A stretch of 60,000 nucleotides of DNA from Camelus dromedarius (Eukaryota): NCBI RefSeq assembly GCF_036321535.1, contig NC_087437.1:109804001-109864000 (forward strand), given 5' to 3'. Of the stretch, positions 49,978 to 60,000 are shown piece after piece. Both the position numbers and the translations under genes were made by a program. The notes below the pieces were generated by a model that saw only the letters and a list, made by a program, of their open reading frames with translations, made no database searches and was not told where the DNA came from. How positions within the stretch are numbered: the stretch's first letter is position 1; each line of letters begins with the position of its first letter.

Positions 49978-51062
49978 ACTGCTCAAAGGCAACCTGTTTT
50001 GTGAAAGCTTCCCTTATATTCCCGGGTGATGCTGCTCTGCCTTCTCTTGGCTCACAGAGTTTCGTTCCTTTTTCCCTCTCTCTCTCCCTCTCTGGCCACT
50101 CCTTTCCCCTCCTGTTTCTTTCTTCTTCCTTCTCTTTCTCCCTCCCCTCTTCCATTCTTCCTTCCTTGCTTTATTCCTTCCTTTCTCTCCTCTTTCATTT
50201 CTTTATTTATATTTAATCAATATACAGTAATATTTATTAATAGATTTGTACTTCCAGAGAGTCTTTGAATTCCCTGCAGCAGGAGACACTGTGTTTCAAG
50301 GGTGCTTTTCTACTGTGGAGGGTAGGATCAAATTTCATAACATAAGGAATTACTGTTAAAAGCCTCTTAAATCCCTCGTAAAATACTATTATTACTATTA
50401 AGAATAACAGTAACATATCTATAACATTATCCATGTGACAATCTTTATATGTAAGTAACTGTTCAACATGCATTGGTCTGTGTGTCTACAAGTTGATGGT
50501 GATATATATTTATAAATATGGCATGCATATGGTAATACACATTATATAGTAGAACATTAGGAAATGTACAGTTTTTCCATTTTTATAATTATTTTGCTGA
50601 ATTCTGAGTGTGGAATTTGTGTACATTAAATACATACATGTGGTAATTCAATTATATTCTGTTTCTTTTTTTGTCCGAAATGTGATTAAAATGTATTCTT
50701 TAATCTTTCTGAAAGTGAGTTTGGTGCATGAAATTAGTGATAAACCTAATGAAGCTATTCAGGCCTCGCCAGCATTTCCCCAGGAGGGCCCCACCTCCAA
50801 TGACTCCAAAACAGGGCTTACGTCTCCACATACTGAACATCTGAAGACGGTGCCCTTTCTAACCTAGGTAGTCACAATGGGGCGCAAAGCCTTCTCCTTT
50901 TTGATCATCAGCTCCCTCACCCCAACTACAAAGCTTCACAGCGGCCTTGATCGAACAATAGATTTTCCCCACCCACAGTATCCCGGATCTAACTCTTGGA
51001 AACAAAAACACTTGCTTATGGGCAATTTTCAGGGCTGTCCATCTGAAACTCAGAAGGCTAAT

Positions 51063-51080
51063 AACTGCCCCCTGGTGGTA
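51063..51080 (-). promoter_or_regulatory. Candidate CTCF site
   Basis: - strand reads TACCACCAGGGGGCAGTT, a near-consensus CTCF core. Confidence 0.65.
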
Positions 51081-51609
51081 AGATGTGTATGCCTTCAGGA
51101 AACAAGGGGGCGGCACCCTTCTTAGGGGAGGTGAAAAATACCTCTCACTCCTTCCTAATGAGATCAGGGTCACGAAAACAAAGCAGGCAACTTCTCAGTA
51201 GGTCACCCTGATATTTGAACCTCTATTTTACTCTCTCTGCTCTATTTTTCAACTTTAAATTCTGATTCAGTTATTCAGATTACATGGTCAAATCGCTCTT
51301 GGGTCAAGTCATTCTGTTGAGCCAGGTTTAGTAGCAAATGTGCTTGGGGAAGGGACAACCCTAAAGGCATGTCAAACAGACTGGGCACCAAACTGTACGA
51401 TCAAATCCTTTATTTCTGAATCCCAGACGCCCAAGTGATGTGGAATTAAAATGTATGGACAAAAAGTTAAGTATTTCCAACAAAGCCCAAGCTATGTTCA
51501 GGGTCCTGCCATCTAAAACTACCAGGGGCCCCCTAAAACATGTTTTAAGTGGCATCTATTGTCCCTTTTCAGGTGAAGAATTATCAGGGGACAGTGTAGT
51601 GTCCATGGT

Positions 51610-51810
51610 CATTTGGCAGTAGCTGGAGACATTTTTATTTCCACATCTTGCAGAGGGTCAGGGGTTGCTAGAGTCACTGGTATCTAACAGGCAGAGAGCA
51701 GGAATATTGCTAAGCATCCTACAATACACAGGAAAGACACAGGAAAGTCCTTTCCCGAAGCAAATGATTGAGCCCAAAACACCATTAGTTTCCAGGCTGG
51801 GAGACCCTGG
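51610..51810. mobile_element. MER20-like element
   Basis: CATTTGGCAGTAGCTGGAGACATTTTT...TGCTAAGCATCCTACAATACACAGG...GGCTGGGAGACCCTG. Confidence 0.75.
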
Positions 51811-51829
51811 TATAGAGGATCAGAGGTCC

Positions 51830-51990
51830 TGGAGTCATTCAGGCTTGCTTCATAACCTAAATCTGCTATTAAGTTCTCTAACGCCTGTGTCTTCACATAC
51901 AAAATAGCAATAATACGATTTCTTATCTTAGGGTGGTGTGATGGCTAGACAAGGTAATCAGTACAAAGCACTTACCATGGTGTCCCTGTG
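51830..51990 (+). mobile_element. MIR
   Basis: TCTCTAACGCCTGTGTCTTCACATACAAAATAG...TACAAAGCACTTA. Confidence 0.55.
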
Positions 51991-52930
51991 TCTTTTGAGA
52001 TATCTTTTTTCTGTGCTGGGCGTTATCGTTAGGTGCTCATAAACTCATCAGCGGCTAAGAGTCCTCTCCCCAGTACTGGGCTATCTTTTGTCATGGGCAC
52101 CCAGTCATCTCACAAAGTCTATCATAAAAGTAATTCTTTCAACGTCTTCTTTCTTGTTCTCAGTTCTTACAAGAAACTTCCTGTGTGCTTGAAAAAAAGT
52201 TCCTTTTCATAGTTAGAAGAAGAAATTCAGACAGAGCTCTGACCTTGGAAGTCCCTACAGGGGACTTCTAAATAAAATAGTAACTCTAGAGATACTATTT
52301 AATTTAACACAATAACTTATAGTCTCAAAAAGCAAAGAACTTTATATTTTTACTACGAACTACTAATAAGGTAATAGAAAATTGCTCTATATTTGTATAG
52401 CTAAAGTTCTTATCCTGTTGATTTATGTAATACAGAGACACAGACTGCCCTTAAAGCATAGTAAAGTGTCTGTGTCAGAGGGTAGTAAACTGATTATGTT
52501 TCTCTCCTCTCTCTCTCCTCTTCCCCAACCCTATCCAATGTCAGAAGCTTATTAACTAGAACGTCTTACTAGGTACAACACTTATTTGGAAGGCATTCAT
52601 ACAGATTTTGTGAGTTGTTCTCACTTTTGACAGGATGGCGGTAATATTCTACTTCATGTTAGTTTATAACTCATGCTGGTGGAAGTCATGAGATCAGAGA
52701 ATTCTTCATTGGAATGAGTCTTGCAGATCAAAGAGCACTGAGTTAGAATGTGTCTTGTAGGCTATTGAGTTCTAAATTTAGATATAAGGAAAGTGAAGCA
52801 AAAAAAAAAAAAAAAAAAGAGGTGAGATAAACAGAACCCACAGCAGCAAGGTGGTGCCAAGTTGATGACTCCATCCTGGGTCTCCAGTACTGTGCTGCCC
52901 ACACAGAGACAAGTATGATTGATTTACTTC

Positions 52931-52996
52931 AAAAAAAAAAAAAAAAAAAAAGAAGGAAGGAAGGAAGGGGGAGGAAGAAAGGAAGAAATAAAGGAA

Positions 52997-53033
<37 letters not shown>

Positions 53034-53082
53034 GAAGAAAGGAAGAAAGGAAGAAAGGAAGAAAGGAAGAAAGAAAGAAGGA

Positions 53083-53146
<64 letters not shown>

Positions 53147-53258
53147 GAGAAAGAAAGAAGGAGAGAAAGAAGGAAAGAAGGAAAAGAGAGAAGGAAAGAA
53201 GGAAAAGAGAGAAGGAAAGAAGGAAAAGAGAGAAAAGAAAATAGAGAAAGAAAGAGAA
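52931..53258 (+). repeat. Compound poly(A)/(GGAA)n/(GAAA)n purine tract
   Basis: Directly visible; almost purely A/G. Confidence 0.97.
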
Positions 53259-53494
53259 CTGTATTATGAATTATGGCTTACTTAAAAACAGGTCTAAGCT
53301 ATGGACCTTGAACAAAGAAGTATAGAGACTGAATTATAAACACATACCATCTAGGTTGTCGATCTAAGTACCTACTTGGTCATTAAGTTGTACAAATTTA
53401 AGTTTAAAAAAGATCTTAAATGTTACATCCGCTACCCTCTGTCATCCAGAGGTTGGATGCTCTCTACTAGATAAAGAGGGAATAGTCAGCCACC

Positions 53495-53860
53495 TTTGTT
53501 TGTTTGTTTTTTGTTTTTTTGTTTTTAATTTTTTAATTGAAGCATGGTTGATTTACAATATTGTGTAAGTTTCAGGTGTATAGCAAAGCAATTCAGTTAT
53601 ACATATATATGTATTCTTCTTCAGATTATTTTCCATTATAGGTTATTACAAGATACTGAATATAGTTCCTTGTGCAAGCAGGACCCTGCTGTTCATCTAT
53701 TTTATTCATAGTAATGTGTATCTGTTAGTCCCAAACTCCTACTTTATTCCTTCCCCTCACTTTCCATTTTGGTGACCATAAATTTGTTTTCAACGTCTGC
53801 GAGTCTATTTCTGTTTTGTAAATAAATTAACTTGTCTCACTTTTCTAGATTCCACATATA
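53495..53860 (-). mobile_element. L1 3' end
   Basis: (TTTG)n tail, then the L1 3' UTR through TAGATTCCACATATA. Confidence 0.85.
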
Positions 53861-54489
53861 TGCAGCTTCTATTTTTTAATTACTCTGGGAAAGATACATT
53901 TAGTCAAATATTGAAAAGTCACCCACCCCCTACCCTTTATCTGCTGGTGGAATTCTGATTTTCAAATAACCTGTTTCCCAGATCTAGTAGGCTAATTATA
54001 GATGTCTCTTATACATACATATTTGCACAGAAACTGGTCAAAGGTGCTAGAAAAAAAGGACTATTGTACAATATATATCATATGGGATGCATATGCCTAG
54101 CGCCTAAGCTTAAATATACTTTTATAAAAAAGTAGCAAGTTTCCATTTATTTTCCATCACTGTTGTCTTCATAAGATTTAAATGTGTCAATAATGTTTAA
54201 GTGACATTCTGTATCTATGCTGTCTTAAATCATAAATATAATTTATAAACATGTAGAGTTATGCATTAAACATTCATTAACTTCAAGAGTATAAAAATTA
54301 TTTGTTTTAGTTTTTAGAAGGTAACATTTGAAAATATAAGTCTATATTCTCTGAAATAATTGGGGAATCTTATGTATCAAAATATGAAAACAGTATGTGT
54401 GTCTATATATATAAAAGCATATATGAATATGTAATATGTATATTACACACCCCTTGAATGACCATTTGTACACACTGTACATGTTTGTT

Positions 54490-54625
54490 TTAGTCAAGGT
54501 TAATTCAGTTATAAGGGACAGAATCCCCTTGAGCTTAAAAAGAAGAATAAAACGAAGAATATATTGTAAAGATGTAGGAGGCAAAGCTGAACTTCACAGG
54601 GCCAGTGGGTCCAGAAATACCAGAA
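54490..54625 (-). mobile_element. MLT1 fragment
   Basis: TTAGTCAAGG...AGTTATAAGGGACAGAATCC resembles the antisense end of old MLT1. Confidence 0.45.
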
Positions 54626-55265
54626 ATAGTCTTTCTCTCTCTCTCTCACTTTTCCCCTTTGTGATTTCTTCTATATTTTGCTGTGTTTTCTTTATTTTTT
54701 CCATATCAACAGTTAGGGTTTTTCTTCTCTTGTTATGCGGTCCAGTCCAACTTCTATTCATCTTTCCACCTGGAATGTTGGAATCCATTTTCTCCCTTTC
54801 TCATTCCACACCCCCAATTTAATATGCAAATTCTACTTTACTTTTAAGATCCAGTTCAGATATTATCTTCCTCAGGTACTTTCTTCTGACTGTACTGTTA
54901 AAAATAATCTTCAATTATCATGAATTTCTGGTGGATTTTATTTTCAATCTCCAATTACTGACATCATTTTTACCTTAGATGTGTGTTTCAGGTCTCATTT
55001 AAAAATTAGGCACTGATGGTGTCTCATATGTGTTTGTAAATTGCCATATAAAAATTAAACAGTGTTTTGTTGGAATTGTACTGTATGACCTTAGTGGACT
55101 TTCCTACAACCAATGAGTGGTGATTAAAGGGAAGGAGATTTCTGCTCAATAAGTGGGAAGCAAAATAAAATAAAAACAAAAATGAAAAAAAAAAAACTAT
55201 CTACAAATAAAACTGCCCTCAAAGTCAGTCTCAGAAGCGGGTAGAATTCTTAAAATAAGGAGTCC

Positions 55266-55470
55266 TGTCAAATTAATGTGTTTACGGCTGCAAGTAACAG
55301 AATAGCTAAGTAAAGGTGGTTTAAAACATAGGAGTGTGTTATTTCACTATAATTGGAGTTCTGTAGTAGGAATTTTCCAGGATTAATTCAACAGCACTAT
55401 GATGTCATTAAGGATCAAGATTTTTGCTTCTGTTTATCTTCACCATCTTTAGTACATTGACTAGCTTCCT
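55266..55470 (-). mobile_element. MLT1 fragment
   Basis: GGCTGCAAGTAACAGAA...GATGTCATTAAGGATCAAG, MLT1J-like. Confidence 0.6.
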
Positions 55471-56549
55471 GGCCTTATCCCCACCCAAGTTCAAGTTCTT
55501 TCTTAATCAAGTAATCCTTAGCAACAGTTTGACCTTCATTATACAGAGAGCTGTGGCTAAGTTGCTTGCTTCATTGGTTTAGGTTTGGGGTGCAGTTCTC
55601 GGAAAAGGAGCTATGAGAATGAGGAATTATTTGTTACTACTTCACTGTGGTGAGGAGGAAATGGGGAATTTTTTTTTTAATTTTAAGTATTCAAATGATT
55701 ACCAATAAATGATAACTATAAATAAATGGTTTAAAATCACCTTCCTAAGATCAAGTATCTTGCTTGCCTGAAAGAAGATATTTCCAGGGTCATGTCATCT
55801 GAGTAAAGCAGATTTTTGACACATAGTAATAAGCAAATTATTCTGAAGTCTGTCCAAACATGCAACTGAATCATACTCGTTCAGGCATAAATTGTTTTTT
55901 CACCATAGAGTTAAAGAATCAAATATGGAAATTGATGGCAGACTTCTAACATAAAAAGCTCACACAGAACTGAGATTTTTAGAAAGAGATATACAAGTAT
56001 GTGACAAATTTATTTCATTTACAGATAGTATTCAAAAATACTCTTAAAGAAACCACAGGGAAGATGTTGGAGGAACACTGATATTCCTGATTGTCTTGTG
56101 GACTTGGGAACACTATGTTAACTTTTTTAAGCAACTGAGGCTATTCCATTTTTCAGTATTCCTTATCAATGACAACTGTCGTGGCTGAATGAATACTGGT
56201 CTTCCAATTGCTTTGGTATCTTGCCCTGATCTTATCTCTAAACATTAGTAGTATCTCCAGCAGAACCCAATGGAGAAAGTTCCCATATCCTAAACCACTA
56301 AGTCTTCAACTACTCTTTATGACTGAGGAATATATAACGGCAATACAAATTTTTAATAATATTAATTAAGACCCAAACCCATATTTAGACCCTTCATGGC
56401 CTAGAGACCTGGCTAACGCTGCAGATGCTATGAGACCTCCTCTAACCTGGACCGGCCTGACCTCAATAGCCCAGAGAACAAGTAGACCCCAAGCCTTCTT
56501 AGGGCCCTTTTCTCTAAGTTTTCATTCTATCCTTGGTCTGTAAGACTTC

Positions 56550-56700
56550 ATCATGCAGCCACTGAATATGATATTAAGCAATTAATTTCAATTTCCTCAT
56601 GTATAAAATTGAGATCATGGTACCTACCTCATAGGATTACACTGTGGAATTAGATATTAAATAAAATATGTTTTGGAATGCAGTACTTAACTTATGGTGG
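56550..56700 (+). mobile_element. MIR
   Basis: TTTCCTCATGTATAAAAT...GTACCTACCTCATAGGATT core. Confidence 0.7.
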
Positions 56701-58089
56701 TTCTAGTGTTTGGTGTGAGCAGAAATTTACTAAGTATTTCTTTTCTTTTTTTTTTTTTTTAATATTTAGTTACCTCCGTTTTTTAATTGGATTAGCATTT
56801 TTCTCTTTTCCACTGCAGTACTTCATCAGTAAGTTGCTTTACCATAGTGCATATCAATTTTTATTTTTATTGGATTAATTTATGCAAGTGTCTAGATCTT
56901 TCAAATTCTGACTCAGAGTATGTATATCTAGCCCCTATATGATTTAGTTATATATCCTGACAATACTTTTAGATGTGCTATCAAAAAGATAGCATGAATT
57001 CAATAAAACATTTGAAAATTCAATCTGCAATGAAGTTTTCTTATTCTTATGTTTGGCTTTGTTACTTAGTCTTTCTAGTTAAAGAGGAAACTTGATGACA
57101 TCTGTCACAACTCATCAACAAGTATGTTTAAAAGTGCAAAAAATGGATATTAATTACTATGAGGATTAAACAAATGAAAAATAATCCCTAATATCAAGAG
57201 TGTTTTAGTAGTGATGGGGGGTGGGGGGAAGCGGTGTGCAAAGAGCTAAAATGCAAGGCAGAAAGACCTAGGTGCAGATAAAAACCCAGGCAAGAGTTAC
57301 TATTGCTATTTAAATGCCTGATCTGCCTTGGGCATTCAATTTCTAATTCTTACAAGAACTCTTCCAGGTAGGTATTATTAGCCACATTTTACATTAAAAA
57401 TTAAAAGCAAAGTAAAACAAAACAACAACAAAACAAACCTAAAGCTTAGAGTGGTTAGGGAACATGCTGAAACTCTCATGTCAACATCAGCACCGATATC
57501 GTGACTTACATGTTTCGCATCTCAGTGCCTCCATAACCACCCATGGTCTTTTTGACAAGAAAGCATATAGAAGTAAAGAATTTATTCTGATTGTCTTTGG
57601 ACAGGCATGTCCAACAGATGGCATTTAAAAGATTGAAAGAACTTACAGTGAGGATGAGTAGAAAGGAAAAATCATTCTGAAAAATCTCCACAAAAACATA
57701 GATAGGAGAGATGTGACAATGGAAGGTACATTTTCATGATTTCTAACTTATTTTCTATTTTAATCCAAGTTCTAGACAAGCCACAAAAATGCTCAAGGAC
57801 TTTCTGACAGTGATACTTAGGGAAAAGGCAGTGCATTCTACAAGATTCTTAGGAATGGACCATGAAGCAGAGCAAAGGATTCCTGAAAGGTTCATAACCC
57901 TCCTTGCAAATAAGCAGTTTTCTATGCTTTGCATAGAAGAATAAAACACGTATATCAGTTGGCTCAGGCTGCTCCTGGAAAGCCAAGATCACGTCCAAAT
58001 AGTCCTGTTAGCCTCTGTAGACTCGTAGACAAAGAGGAGCCTTAGCAGATATATGATGCATGGATTATTAACTCCCCCCATTTTTTTTT

Positions 58090-58095
<6 letters not shown>

Positions 58096-58123
<28 letters not shown>
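58096..58123 (+). repeat. (TG)n microsatellite
   Basis: Directly visible. Confidence 0.95.
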
Positions 58124-58125
<2 letters not shown>

Positions 58126-60000
58126 AAAAAGGACTGCTTCTCTGTCTGATAAAATATTTGAGGGAAAGTTAGCATTTTGGAGGGCTTCACATCAGAAAAA
58201 TTTGAGTTTTATCTATCTTATTTTAATGTCTATACTGAATTAAGACGATGACCATAATACCGTTTTCTTATTATCCACCCAGCTGGGTGTTGTAGGGAGA
58301 GACATAAAATATATTATCAGGTATAATATAATTTTATCTTGTTCACCTCACATACTACTGTGCCTGATACGATATATACAAACAAATACATGGTCATATG
58401 ATATATCACATATACATGTGTGCGTGTATATGTGTGTATGTGTGTGTGTATTCATTGAAGAAACAAAGAGCCAGGCACAGATGAAAGTAAGACTTTGCAT
58501 TTTCTAGGAACAGTTGTTTAAAACAAATAACTTTTTTTTTTTTCTGAATTCTGGAAACACAGAAGAAAACAAATAAATGAACAAGCAAACAATGAGTAAT
58601 TTTCAATGTTTTGCAGTCATAGGTTTTAGTCTGAGCGTTATTTGTCACATAGAGTAAGCCTCCTCATTTTGCTCCTCTGCCTCTAATGCCCACCTACTTC
58701 TGGCATCTTCTAATCATTCCTTTGCAGTTATGCTTAATAAGATACAATCATGAATGACTTACAGGTATTTAAAATTTGGAAAAATTTATTGAGTTTTAAG
58801 AGATGATTCTACCCTATTAACTTTGGCAGAGCAAAATTGAGGGTCTGTCGTCTCTTTAAAAGATGAATAATTTAACAAGGAAAAGACTGATCAATCCCCT
58901 TCTTGTCATTTGCTAGGAAAATTTTTTTGAATAATTGACTGCCAAAGTTTCATATCAGTAAATCAACACACAGAATAAATAAATGGATTTTTGTAACTAA
59001 GTTGTCCTTCTCACTAGAAATAGGTAACCAAGCCCTTTTAAACTTGGTATTAAATTAGCGTTGGCCCAGATATTTTAATTTCTTAAATAAATTAATAGTC
59101 TACTGGCTCTGTTTTGGACACTCTGCCTTAGATATTGAACATAGGCAGAAGGGGAGAAGTATTCATAGTAATTAAAAGTATTACTAGTAATTAAATGACC
59201 CCAGAGATCTCAGCCAATGAAGATCCAGGGTAGTCAGGATATAAGGAAGGACTTTGAGATGTTAAATATTGGACCAGATATGTCAATGAAGGCATTGTCC
59301 ACTTTAGGACAGGGTGTTTAATATTCTATCTGCTAAGCTTACTGTAGGGCCTTGGGAAAGATGGAAGGATGGAAGTTTGAGTGGCTGCATGAATTAAATT
59401 TTGGATGATACTTCTTTCTCCAGAAAGATTACCATCATGACAGTTCTAGATAGATTTAGGACTGATTAACATGCTTTACCACATAGTTCAGGTTTTATTT
59501 AATGCTTTATAATAATGGTGCTAGAATTCCTACTTACAATGTGAAAATTTAAGAGGCAGTTTTTTGGGGGGAAAAGAGATCATGTCCCTGGGGCCTTCCA
59601 CAGAATGTGACCTATTTGCACAATCAGTGGAAACTTGCAGTGGCGCAAGGGATATTTTTAATGAAATTAACTCCCTCATCAACTCAAAGTCTAAAAGGAG
59701 AATTAACAGATTAATGTAAGCACAATTTCATAGATAGGTGGGACTTTTAGTTAAAATTATTCCTTAAAATGTCTTTATTATATAAATATTTCAAGAAGAT
59801 ATTTGCATTGAAATAAATTCACAGACATTGATAGTGACAAATAAATTAATATCTCTTCCTTCCCACCTCTCACTGCACTTACTTCTTCTCAAATACCTCG
59901 TTTTCCAGAGGTAAACACCATTCCAGTTTGCTGTGTGTCCTTCCAGGACTTCTTCCTATGTATTTTCATATATTTATGAATATTTTAAAAATCATAAATA

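Noticed and set aside
52915..53269. Lys/Arg/Glu-rich ORFs of 109 and 116 aa
   Set aside because: Translation of a GAAA/GGAA microsatellite that cannot contain stop codons.
45000..60000. KRTAP genes or pseudogenes expected upstream by human synteny
   Set aside because: No Cys-rich or Gly/Tyr-rich ORF seen; the cluster probably starts beyond the window.

Overview
AT-rich mammalian genomic DNA with one convincing protein-coding gene: the intronless claudin-8 gene (CLDN8; CDS 14005-14682, minus strand, 225 aa). It has a ~1.2 kb 3' UTR and a candidate promoter. The tRNA-derived SINEs and L1 3' ends suggest a camelid-like cetartiodactyl (inferred from memory of repeat families). The rest is intergenic: tRNA-derived SINEs, young L1 3' ends, ancient L1/HAL1/L2/MIR relics, ERV1 solo LTRs with 4-bp TSDs, MaLR/ERVL LTRs, MER20 elements, microsatellites and a 103-bp triple tandem duplication. 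I found no convincing new biological system. The best leads are: all four young SINEs sit inside ancient MIRs; several L1 3' ends share a 5' truncation point; one L1 has a probable 3' transduction; claudin-8 carries an NPIV enterotoxin-binding-type loop; and there are candidate regulatory motifs (CTCF, ZEB/Snail E-boxes, GRHL, CRE/UPRE). Repeat families were assigned by eye and their boundaries are approximate.
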